Source: Octopus bimaculoides | Taxonomy: Eukaryota | Direction of reading: 5' to 3' | Length of the DNA: 64,000 bases | NCBI RefSeq assembly: GCF_001194135.2 | Contig: NC_069005.1 | Span: 11,468,913 to 11,532,912, forward strand | Part shown: positions 12,620 to 24,360 of the stretch, piece by piece | How the letters are laid out: every line of letters starts with the position of its first letter | Numbering within the stretch: the first letter of the stretch is position 1 | The notes under the pieces: model-generated | Told to the model about the DNA's origin: nothing | What the model saw: only the letters and a program-made list of their open reading frames with translations | The model's database searches: none | Position numbers and translations under genes: made by a program

Positions 12620-14550
12620 GAGAATTTTCAAAAGAAAAACAAAAGACGAAGACGGGTGTGTAAACAACAAACAGATATATTAGTTTAACACTCGGGAAGT
12701 GAAAAAGTCTTTTGCGTTTCGAGCCTATGCTCTTCGACAGAAATAAACAGGGAGAGAAAATAAAAAAGGTTTTGTCGCTATATAAAATACTATATAACCT
12801 TTATATATTACATAATCTATATGTATATAGATTAAAGATACTGTTGTAATAAAAGTCACAAAAAGCACAAGTCACCTGGACAAAATATTAATTTATTTCG
12901 CTATTAATCAAGCTGTTACAACGAACAAGCCGGTTTAGTAACTGCGGGAAAATACACATTTAGAAAAAGACAGAAAGAAACACAAGGAAGATAATTAACC
13001 TCACAGTAAATATAACCAGTGTCTTACAAGTGTTACAATTACATAAACCACACTGAAATGGTTTATGATGTGTCCGGTAGTTTATCATTAATTTCTGATA
13101 AGGTGCATTTTCTAAAATGCAGACATAAAGGAAAAATCTTGACCCTGGTATTTACTCAGTCGCTGGAGAGTCTTAAGCTTTTTAAACGATACAACAGTTT
13201 TTCTAGTGCGCATATGGGATATGTTTTGATCTGTTAATATAAGGGTAGTCATAGAAGAAAATCTTCCATTTTGGGGTTTCCAATGGTGGTCGACAAATCA
13301 CACTGAAAAAAAAAACAACTGTGAAATGAAAATAGTAAAAAAATGGAAATGTGATTTACAGTTTTTCTGATCCTCTTCTAATAGACGCTTTCGCTTGAAG
13401 TGGTATGTTTTGGGATCTGATGAATTTATAATTCTTTTCCGCAAGCGGATCTGATTTTTGATTCGTTAAAATTCTGGTCACGTTTTCTTTCCGTGGTCAA
13501 GCTTGTCGTTCTGCTTGCTTGGTTTCCTTGTGGATACGGTCATAAGTCGTTCTGGCTGGTTGGTTCTCTTAAAGAGTCATTTCGTTGTATTCGTTGAAGT
13601 TCGGCTTTGATTGGTCTTCAGTTAGGTGATGTCAGCAACTGGTGTTTGTAGAATTTCATTGGACTGGAGGTGGGTGACGTCAGCAGTTGATGTTTGTATG
13701 GTTATTTGGAGTTGCGGTTTCGGAACCCAGGTGGAAGATTCTTACTGAAGTTTTCAGAAAAAATTTTTTTCTTGTTCCTGGTTTCTTTGTTAGTCTTTTT
13801 TCTTTTCTTTTTAATGCTTTTTCTTCTTTCCAAAGGATATTCAGCTGTGGTTTATATTTTTTAATCAGTATGTTTTCCTAATTGAAACGGAATTGGGTTG
13901 AACTGTTTCCAGTGCATCGATAGAGAGGGAAGATTTGGTATTTAGGGTTTATGTCTACGGGGCATTGATGTAGGTAATTGCTTACAGGAATTTTCCTAGT
14001 GGTGAGGTCCCAGATTTGTTGCCTGTGTACCGTAAGTCTATCCCTCAAAGTGAAGCTGGTTTGACCAATGTAATAACCACCACAACCTCCATATTTAAGA
14101 ACATAAATTAAGTTCTTCGAAGCACAGGTGAAGTCATATTTTATGGCAAAAGTTTGACCTGACTTACATTTGTATGTGGAGCTCTGTAAGAGGAAGATGC
14201 AAGTTCTGCAGTTAGGGCGGTTGCATTTTTGACTTTTGGGGTTGTATTTTTGGTGGGTAATTTGGCACTGGTGAGTAATTTTTCTAGGGATTGCGGTTGT
14301 CTCTTGCTTTTAATAATCCTATGTGTTTCTAGTGCCTTTTTCATTCGTGGGTCCTTCATAAGGAGGGATATGTTTTAGTGGGTGATGTTGTATGCTTCCA
14401 TGTTTCTTGGATTGTTGATACGTAAGATAGAGTTTTAAGTGTCATGGTGTCTTCTTGTTTTCCGTAACTCTTGGATGTATATCATTTTTGCACGTTCTAT
14501 TCCATTTTTGATTAGACTGGTTGGGTATTTTCTATCTAGTAATGTATTTT
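12620..14550 (-). mobile_element. Penelope-like retroelement remnant (RT C-terminal region plus GIY-YIG endonuclease, terminal repeat)
   Basis: Minus strand: IIKSKRQPQSLEKLLTSAK and FTCASKNLIYVLKYGGCGGYYIGQTSFTLRDRLTVHRQQI (GIY-YIG); hammerhead-like terminal motif at ~12708-12745. Confidence 0.8.
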
Positions 14551-14551
14551 T

Positions 14552-14778
14552 TAAAGAATTTGACCTCTATGAAAGTTCGATAGATCTGTCATTTTAATGA
14601 ATTTTAATTACCTTTTTCTAATGATATCTGAAAATAAACAGCAATTTTAGCAAAATATATTAAGCAACACTAATAACAAATCAAAAGACACAAGAATAAA
14701 GCTTTTGACGGTTTTATATATATTTCAAAATTATGATGCTATGATGTTAGCTGTTTCTATTCTTTTCTCCAACACCTG
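14552..14778 (-). mobile_element. Inverted 5' fragment of a Tc1-like element
   Basis: Reverse complement matches 14815-15040 including TIR-like end, 5'UTR and ATGACAGATCTATCG start; ends CTG|TA. Confidence 0.85.
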
Positions 14779-14814
14779 TATATATACCTCTCTCTATATA
14801 TATGCATATACATA

Positions 14815-16048
14815 CAGGGGTTGGACAAAATAATAGAAGCACTTAGTATCATAGAATCATAATTTTGAAATATCTATAAAACCGTCAAAAGCTTGTTTAT
14901 TTTTATGCTTTTTGATTTATTATTAGTGTTGCTTAATATCTTTTGCTAAAATTGCTGTTTCTTTTCAGATATCATTAGAAAAAGGTAATTAAAATTCATT
15001 AAAATGACAGATCTATCGGACTTTCATACAGGTCAAATACTTGGTACTCGTATGGCAGGTGCTAACGTAACAAAAACAACCGAAATGTTTGATGTATCAA
15101 GAAGTACTGTCTCGAGAGTAATGACAACCTTTAAGAAAGAAGGAAAAACTTTCTTGTCGAAACAAAACTCTGGAAGAGAACCAAAATTTTCAGATAAGAA
15201 CCGTCGGACTCTTACGCGAATTGTTAGAAAAGTACAGCTCCCAAAATTACGGCAGAGCTTAATGACCACTTCGAGAACCCAGTTTCCACAAAAACTGTTA
15301 GCTACACGAAGCCAGATTTCACAGGAGTGCTACAATCAGAAAATCACGACTTTTGAAAACAAACGTTGCAAAGCATTTAGAGTGGAGTAAAAACCTGCAG
15401 AATTGGTCCCAGAGCAGTAGAAGTATGTTATTTTCTCAGAAGAGTCATCCTTTACCATATTTCCGACCACCGGCCGAGTATATGTGTGGAGATAAGCAAA
15501 AGAAGCATTTGACCCAGCCTACCTTATTCCAACCACTAAACATGGAGGATAATCTGTGATGATCTGGAGGTATATATCTTGGAAATCCACCTGCCCAATA
15601 GTTTTCCTTCATGGCAGAATTAATAGTCAAGACTATTTAAGCATTTTATATGATCAAATTCGTCCGATGGTTTCCTATCTGTTTCCGGAGGGAAACGCAA
15701 TCTTTCAGGATGATAATGCACCAATTCACAACGCTAAAGTTGTTACTGAATGGCACGAGAAACATTCTAGTGAAGTTGAACATCTTATCTGGCCACCACA
15801 GTCTCCAGATCTCAATATTATTGAACATTTATGGTACATTTTAGAAAAACAAGTAAGGAGTCAATATCCTCCACCATCATCACTACAAGACCTGGAGATT
15901 GTATTAGCTGAAGAATGGACAAAACTTTGTTTGGGAACAATTCAAACTTTGTACGAGTCCATACCTCGTAGAATTCAAGCTGTAATTACTGCGAAAGGCG
16001 GTCCTACCTCATATTAAATTAAATTTGTCTTAAATTTTAAGGTGTTTC
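14815..16048 (+). mobile_element. Tc1-like (DD34E-type) element with frameshifted transposase, right TIR entering gap
   Basis: TA|CAGGGGTTGGACAAAA TIR; MTDLSDFHTGQILG...SGREPKFS; FQDDNAPIH, WPPQSPDLNIIEHLW, KGGPTSY*. Confidence 0.92.
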
Positions 16049-16206
16049 NNNNNNNNNNNNNNNNNNNNNNNNNNNNNNNNNNNNNNNNNNNNNNNNNNNN
16101 NNNNNNNNNNNNNNNNNNNNNNNNNNNNNNNNNNNNNNNNNNNNNNNNNNNNNNNNNNNNNNNNNNNNNNNNNNNNNNNNNNNNNNNNNNNNNNNNNNNN
16201 NNNNNN

Positions 16207-16850
16207 ATATATATACATGCTTTGGTTTTTCTCAGGCGAGATAAATTTCTGCCAGGATGAGATGGTGAAGACACAGAACTACCGTTGTCTAGAAGTGTCC
16301 CCAAAACATGTGCCCGCATGGCCACAGACTCAACATGGAGGCCTACACTTAATGCCTGGAGGAGGTAGTGCTGCTCTGGTTCAACAGGTGGCTGCTTGAA
16401 GACCCTATGTCTGGCAATGAGAATCTGCACCATGCCACACAACCAAGATAACCCAGTCATGGCTGTCAGACAATTTCTCCGACCACATCACCCCTAACAT
16501 GTGTCTACCTAAGACCCGACTACAACCCTCTTGATAATTATGTGTCGGGTGCAGTTGCGTAAGAGACTGTCAAAACTTCTTGTCATACTAAAGATGAAAC
16601 GAAAGCAAGGATTATGGCAGCATTCACCAACTTAAACAATGACACCGTTCAGAAGAGTTGCAGGATATTCCGAAGTCGTCTGGATGCCACGGTGGAAGCC
16701 AATGGCAATTTAATTGAATAGATTTACTCTTTAGTATTCCAAGATATTTTTAATGTAATTTTGGTAAACGTATCTGCCAAAATGTGATGTCAGCGTTATT
16801 TTCCATTTTTGCGTAAATTAGAAGGCAATTTATTCACCGACCGCACGCTG
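16207..16850 (+). mobile_element. maT/DD37D-like Tc1-mariner remnant
   Basis: Homologous to 58167-59048 (cccagtcatggctgtcagacaa, catcacccctaacat, gaagccaatggcaattt); right end ...gctg|TA. Confidence 0.7.
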
Positions 16851-18645
16851 TACATATATATATATGCATATGCAACTCGGGTGTTAGGAAATACCTACAT
16901 TGCTAGAAATAAGAGCTAAACCACTCTAAAGCTATACTTAATGCGCATATACAGTAATGGGGACCTTAATCGTTCTAAAAGTGCAGATCGAGGATTCTTA
17001 ATATTGACGCGACAGTTTAGGCAATTTCCTTTGCTTCGTCAGTTAAGACAGCCAACTTCGGCTCCTTCTGGATTGCCATTAGTATGTATGCTTTCGTCAT
17101 TCAAATAATTGGATGATTTAACGATTCGTTAATGTGTTTATACAAAATTAATATAAACAGCAGTTTGCAATGTTTCACGAAAAAGGAAAACTACAAATGT
17201 CACTGAATTCGACTAGGGTGTTAGGAAACACCTACATTGCTTGAAATAAGAACTGAACCGCTCTAAAAATGTGACAAAGGGTGCAAGGAATACCAAAATT
17301 GCTAGAAATAAGAGTCAAAGAACCCTTTAGCCACAAAAGCACACTTTTATTTACTGACAGACGAGAGGACCTCCCCACTGCAATTGAGTGACATTAAATT
17401 GGCATGGCAGTTTTGCATGAAATTTAATGCCCATCAGCATTGTTCAGAGTGGCGAAGGTGATTTCTACTCTGTCAGTAGATTGATAAATTTTACCATAAA
17501 TATCAGTGGCTAATTTCGCAAAGTGGTAATGTGAAAAGTATAAAATAAGTAAGGTGACTAGACGCAATTCAAGACCAAAAAGGAAATAATTCAGCGTCAC
17601 TAAAACGACGAAGGGTGCAGAAATAAGAGTCAAAGAACTCATCGACGGCCGTTTCACGGGTACAATGAATGTATGAATAGCGTTTTAAGTATTCAAAATA
17701 CATAAACATAATGCCCTTCTCATCAGATTGGCTTCCTTTGTGATGAAATCCTACATGGTTATAATTCGATAGATTAAAAAATGATGATATCCCTTACCTG
17801 AATTTAGCCGAATCTATATATTTAATTTATCTACCAATTGATCTACCTTATTTGCCCCTGAATTTTTAAATTTTGAACTCTCATCCGACATTTCGTATAA
17901 ACATCAAATTCTGAAGCGATTCGACCAATTCCTTTTGGATGCCCTTTCCTCGAATTTTTATCTCTTTATTTGTCACTCCTACACTCGGTACCTGAACCCA
18001 ACGTACATGATCATAGTTTTCACATATGACTTTTACATGTAATCTTCTTTACTGATTTATAAATTTATATATATANNNNNNNNNNNNNNNNNNNNNNNNN
18101 NNNNNNNNNNNNNNNNNNNNNNNNNNNNNNNNNNNNNNNNNNNNNNNNNNNNNNNNNNNNNNNNNNNNNNNNNNNNNNNNNNNNNNNNNNNNNNNNNNNN
18201 NNNNNNNNNNNNNNNNNNNNNNNNNNNNNNNNNNNNNNNNNNNNNNNNNNNNNNNNNNNNNNNNNNNNNNNNNNNNNNNNNNNNNNNNNNNNNNNNNNNN
18301 NNNNNNNNNNNNNNNNNNNNNNNNNNNNNNNNNNNNNNNNNNNNNNNNNNNNNNNNNNNNNNNNNNNNNNNNNNNNNNNNNNNNNNNNNNNNNNNNNNNN
18401 NNNNNNNNNNNNNNNNNNNNNNNNNNNNNNNNNNNNNNNNNNNNNNNNNNNNNNNNNNNNNNNNNNNNNNNNNNNNNNNNNNNNNNNNNNNNNNNNNNNN
18501 NNNNNNNNNNNNNNNNNNNNNNNNNNNNNNNNNNNNNNNNNNNNNNNNNNNNNNNNNNAAAATAACCATCTAAGGGATAGAAGTATCCATTACACTACCG
18601 GTATATTACTTATATTTAATCCAATCTTTTTTATCTTTATTGAAG

Positions 18646-18742
18646 GCTATGGGGTAATATTTCTGATGTAGCCGCAAACTGTTCAACAGACACTTCGGGA
18701 AAATTCCATAAATGGCTCAAGGAACAGCAAAGTTTGCCATAA
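18646..18742 (+). CDS. Terminal exon of stanniocalcin-like paralog B
   Basis: Acceptor ccaatcttttttatctttattgaag|G (phase 2): LWGNISDVAANCSTDTSGKFHKWLKEQQSLP*; aligns with 312-411 and with STC YYNRLVRSLLECDEDT. Assignment to the same gene as exons 1-2 is inferred from order and strand. Confidence 0.8.
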
Positions 18743-18857
18743 ATGAACTAACAAGTATCTGTGTATTTCGTTTCTGAAATAGAAATAAAGTTCAATGATT
18801 GCTTAATGTTTCTAATATTTGATTTAGTTACTGAACCGTGTCACCAAATAGTAGTAA

Positions 18858-18898
<41 letters not shown>

Positions 18899-18900
18899 CA
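18743..18900 (+). other. 3'UTR of paralog B with AATAAA (18784-18789) and (TAG)n
   Basis: About 7 differences in ~109 nt versus the paralog A 3'UTR. Confidence 0.7.
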
Positions 18901-19282
18901 GGTGTGGGTAAAAGTAGGTATACAGTTGCTTGACCAAGCATTCACTCTATGTCCTCAGAAATCATAAAAACTCGGCTTCCGATGAACTCAGTATCTCCAG
19001 TAATCGTTAGATTTAAAAATGATGATTCCCTTTACCTGAATTTAGACGAATCTGTATATAATTAATTTATCTACCAATTGATCTACCTTATTTGCCCCTA
19101 AATTTTTAAATTTTGAACTCTCATCTGACATTTCGTATAAACATCAAATTCTTAAGCGATTCAAACAGTTCCTTTTGGAAGCCCTTACTTCGAATTTGGG
19201 TTAAAAATTAAGAGAAATTGAGAAAAGAAAAGTACATTCCATTTATATTAAGCAACTATAAACCTACTTTTCCCCCACTCTT

Positions 19283-19323
<41 letters not shown>

Positions 19324-19970
19324 TTTCTTACATAGATATAAATCCTGAAATTGGGTGAAGGATTTGTCGATTACATCGACCCTGGTACTTTATCGATCCC
19401 AAAAGGATCACATTGTTTTTTCTGCTATAATTACAAAGCCTCATATTTTGAAGTGGCGGGGGCAGGGTGGTCGATTTCATCNNNNNNNNNNNNNNNNNNN
19501 NNNNNNNNNNNNNNNNNNNNNNNNNNNNNNNNNNNNNNNNNNNNNNNNNNNNNNNNNNNNNNNNNNNNNNNNNNNNNNNNNNNNNNNNNNNNNNNNNNNN
19601 NNNNNNNNNNNNNNNNNNNNNNNNNNNNNNNNNNNNNNNNNNNNNNNNNNNNNNNNNNNNNNNNNNNNNNNNNNNNNNNNNNNNNNNNNNNNNNNNNNNN
19701 NNNNNNNNNNNNNNNNNNNNNNNNNNNNNNNNNNNNNNNNNNNNNNNNNNNNNNNNNNNNNNNNNNNNNNNNNNNNNNNNNNNNNNNNNNNNNNNNNNNN
19801 NNNNNNNNNNNNNNNNNNNNNNNNNNNNNNNNNNNNNNNNNNNNNNNNNNNNNNNNNNNNNNNNNNNNNNNNNNNNNNNNNNNNNNNNNNNNNNNNNNNN
19901 NNNNNNNNNNNNNNNNNNNNNNNNNNNNNNNNNNNNNNNNNNNNNNNNNNNNNNNNNNNNNNNNNNNNNN

Positions 19971-20039
<69 letters not shown>

Positions 20040-20040
<1 letters not shown>

Positions 20041-20313
20041 GAGATGCTTCCGAAGAAAGAAAACCCTTGGAAAACAGTTTATAGCAGAGACTCCAGCTAA
20101 GAAGATCTGAAGAAGGAATTGTAATTCCGAAATATTATCGGACTATAGATAACCAAATTACAACCGGTATATAGTCCAATTTTTGTTGTATAGTGCATTG
20201 TTGTACCATTCTAAACTTTTCATTCTTTACAAACAATACACAATGCTTCAAGCGAACTACAATACTCTTCTATAATGATAATAATAATAATAATAATGAT
20301 AATAATAATAATG

Positions 20314-20372
<59 letters not shown>

Positions 20373-22183
20373 CCCCGGTTGCCACTGAACAGAAAACTTC
20401 TCCTGAACGCCCTACCTCCCAAACCATGGAAAAAGAAGAGTTGAACGAAAAATGGATCACAGTGACAAAAGGGAGGAGGCGAAAGAGAAGGAGAGAACGT
20501 AGGCCTAGTCCAAGAACTCGACAAAAAAGTTATACAAAAACAACAACAACTGCAACACAATTCATAACCACTACAACAAAAACAAGAACAAGGGTAACAA
20601 CTTCAAAAACAGCAACACCATCAACAACAGCATGGAATCGCGGAAACACAGAAACAACTAGTTATGGAACTTCGAAAACAAGAATATTCATTCGACCGTA
20701 GATGAAATGTATCCATCAATTTCACAGTTGTAGACAACTGTAACAGTGAATTGATGGATTTTGTAAGTCAAAACAAAAACAAAATAGTGATAGAGGGAAA
20801 GGAATTTGAGAAAAAGCCCCATGTAGTAGGATTTAAAAAAATTCAGTTGATAAAATGTTGCTGGAAAAAATTTCGTTAGTAGAGGGGCTCGGATCTTCGA
20901 GGTTTCTTGAAATTCATGGTGAGTCACCTACTCATTTTCTTTCTCCGACTAGCATGACCGTGCTGAGAATGCGACGAGTGAATGTACGAGGCCTGGGATC
21001 AGTTTGGAAGCAAGGTCACTTGCTCAATGATCACAGGTCGCTTGATTTAGACGTGGCTGCCATTAGTGAAACGAGGATCTCCAGAAAACATGATCTAGCA
21101 TCCATTTTCGAGGACTACGATGTATTCTCATCTTGTATTCTAGCGGGATCTGGAGGCGATGTAGCAGTGCTACTCCAGATATCCTTAGATCTCCAAGTAA
21201 GGGCTATCTTCCTGAGACCAGGTGGTAGGGTGGTGGTCCAGGACATAAATAGCAGCGAAGGTAGGGGCCATCAGACTGGTGGTGGTTTATGCCCCAACAG
21301 GGGCCGGAAGGCCAGATTTCTTCAGGCGTCTAGAAACATTCTTGAGAACGTCTCGCACTTTAGTATGGGAATAGTATAGATTGGAATAGTATTTTCGACG
21401 CACGAAAGGACTGTGTGGGTACATGGCAACAGGAGGAATAAAAGCATCAAAAACCTACTCAGGACTTTCCAGCTTCCTGGCAGGAACCATCTGGATTTCC
21501 TTAATGTGCCAGTGTGGACACGGAGCAACCACAACGGGTCATCCAGGTTGTATTCAGGTAGAGTATTTATTAGGTTAGAGTATGGGGATAATATAGGTTG
21601 TCCACAATTGAAATTGGTCGGCTACACGAATCACAAATGCATGATATGCACAGTCGATTAAATAGGATCTGTAGAAAGGGAGTCGGTCACTAGACGTTGT
21701 ATCCGTCCCAACCGGTTCGCAAAGATTACAGAGACCAGATTAGCGAAGTAGTTAAACGGAATTGACAGGGGCAATCGTCAACAACCGAGTAATTAAAGTA
21801 GAATCGATAGCATTTAGCAAAGATTTAGCAATAGTAAGAAATAGATTAGGAGGTCTAGTTAGCAAACTAGAAGAGGCTATTAGTAAAAGCATCACAACTG
21901 ACTATTAGCGGTGCGAATGGCCCTTCACTATTTCATTGAGGCGAAACACGAATGGTGCGTCGTCAGAGGTAAGGCTCGGGCTCTAAAACACGAAGGAACT
22001 AAAACCGTCCAATGGTCCCGAACAGTTGTGACGCGACGTGGAAACAAAACCACGATGAAGCCTTTGGCGGATCTTATGGGGAAATTAAACATCAAACACT
22101 TCTTGCAGGTTCCTTTATTCAATCATTGCTTATTAGTATTCCGGGGAAAGCAAACGAAAATAGTAAATAATGTTTTACATTAA
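20040..22183 (+). mobile_element. Decayed non-LTR retrotransposon (Tx1/L1-like): possible ORF1 remnant plus APE endonuclease region of ORF2
   Basis: MRRVNVRGL...LDVAAISETR...GDVAVLL...GRVVVQDI endonuclease motifs at 20950-21380; downstream frames disrupted; (AAT)n embedded at 20270-20370. The 5' boundary is uncertain. Confidence 0.75.
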
Positions 22184-22903
22184 AAAAAAAAACAAAGTCC
22201 GCATTAAATTGAATAAAAATTCTAGTAGGAAAAAGAAAAGAGAAAAAACACCAGCATGGAAGGTGTCAAGGGAAATCACTCTAATATACAAAAGGTTGAC
22301 GCAATACGGATTTATTTCCCTTTAAATTAGAACTTTGAGAATTGAGAGTTATTTCCCTTGACATCTTTCCTTTCCTTTTTTTACTTGTTGAATAAGAATT
22401 ATTTTTCTTTTTTCTTTTCAAATATTTTAAAGCAAAAGTTTTTCATATAAATGAAGTTACAGACTTAAGTCGTTTCAAACAGGGTTCTTTTCTAGCATTA
22501 CACCCTTTTTAAGGAAATTAATTGAAAGGTAAGACCGTAAATTAAGCGATTTATCCCACTTTAAATCGTTTAATGAAGTAACTAAAAGCCAAGACTGGAT
22601 GTATGTATGTATGTATGTATGTATGTATGTATGTATTAGTGAGTGAGATATCAAATGAATAAAATTCATTGGCCGACAGCTGTTTCTGGTATAAGATGCA
22701 GTGGACACATTGTTGGTACTTCATATTCGAGGCTCAGATGAAGCTATAATGATTCTCAACTATGAGTCAACTTCATGCCACAGAAGAAACAGCTGTGAGT
22801 CAATAAAGATCATATGATAGTCGTTTATTTCTTTCTCATCTCACTTTCTTATTCTCGCTCTGTATTCGACAACGATTCCCTCTCAGGGCTTATAAATATT
22901 GAG

Positions 22904-22946
<43 letters not shown>

Positions 22947-23019
22947 CGGTGAGCTGACAGAATCGTTAAGACGCCGCATAATATGCTTCGCCCGTTTGCA
23001 TATATAATATATTCTATTC

Positions 23020-23109
23020 AGTTTAAATTTCGTTTGATTTCCTTCGATATTATCAGAGTAATTTCAATTTTACTGAAATTTTTTATGGTTGTACATACTT
23101 CTGTGAGAC

Positions 23110-23113
<4 letters not shown>
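23020..23113 (+). mobile_element. Right end/TIR of a Tc1 family (same family as 34913)
   Basis: ...gtacatacttctgtgagacactg is the reverse complement of cagtatctcacagaagtatgtaca at 34913. Confidence 0.75.
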
Positions 23114-23166
<53 letters not shown>

Positions 23167-23999
23167 NNNNNNNNNNNNNNNNNNNNNNNNNNNNNNNNNN
23201 NNNNNNNNNNNNNNNNNNNNNNNNNNNNNNNNNNNNNNNNNNNNNNNNNNNNNNNNNNNNNNNNNNNNNNNNNNNNNNNNNNNNNNNNNNNNNNNNNNNN
23301 NNNNNNNNNNNNNNNNNNNNNNNNNNNNNNNNNNNNNNNNNNNNNNNNNNNNNNNNNNNNNNNNNNNNNNNNNNNNNNNNNNNNNNNNNNNNNNNNNNNN
23401 NNNNNNNNNNNNNNNNNNNNNNNNNNNNNNNNNNNNNNNNNNNNNNNNNNNNNNNNNNNNNNNNNNNNNNNNNNNNNNNNNNNNNNNNNNNNNNNNNNNN
23501 NNNNNNNNNNNNNNNNNNNNNNNNNNNNNNNNNNNNNNNNNNNNNNNNNNNNNNNNNNNNNNNNNNNNNNNNNNNNNNNNNNNNNNNNNNNNNNNNNNNN
23601 NNNNNNNNNNNNNNNNNNNNNNNNNNNNNNNNNNNNNNNNNNNNNNNNNNNNNNNNNNNNNNNNNNNNNNNNNNNNNNNNNNNNNNNNNNNNNNNNNNNN
23701 NNNNNNNNNNNNNNNNNNNNNNNNNNNNNNNNNNNNNNNNNNNNNNNNNNNNNNNNNNNNNNNNNNNNNNNNNNNNNNNNNNNNNNNNNNNNNNNNNNNN
23801 NNNNNNNNNNNNNNNNNNNNNNNNNNNNNNNNNNNNNNNNNNNNNNNNNNNNNNNNNNNNNNNNNNNNNNNNNNNNNNNNNNNNNNNNNNNNNNNNNNNN
23901 NNNNNNNNNNNNNNNNNNNNNNNNNNNNNNNNNNNNNNNNNNNNNNNNNNNNNNNNNNNNNNNNNNNNNNNNNNNNNNNNNNNNNNNNNNNNNNNNNNN

Positions 24000-24044
<45 letters not shown>

Positions 24045-24104
24045 CGTGCATGTTTGTGCACGACCACTGCTTGTGAACTGGTATTGGTTTGCATTCCTAT
24101 AACT

Positions 24105-24360
24105 TAGCGGTTCGGCAAAAGAGGCCGATAGAAAAAGTATCGCCATTTCGAGGGCGGCGAACAGACAGAATCGTTAATGCGCAGGACAAAAAAATACTTA
24201 GCGACATTTCGTTCCATCTTCACGTTCTGAGTTCAAATTCCACGGAGGCTGACTTTATCGTTCACCCTTACGAGATCGATAGAATAAGTACCAGTTGAAC
24301 ACTGTAATCGACTTAACCCTTTTCCTGAAATTGCTAGCCTTGTGCCAAAATTTGAAACCT
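24105..24360 (+). mobile_element. SINE family 1 copy
   Basis: cagaatcgttaa...ttctgagttcaaattcc (B box)...aagtaccagttg...ccttgtgccaaaatttgaaac. Confidence 0.75.

Noticed and set aside
20426-20701. T/R-rich ORF as a host gene
   Set aside because: Low-complexity (ACA-rich) and directly upstream of a LINE endonuclease; better explained as LINE ORF1/UTR remnant.
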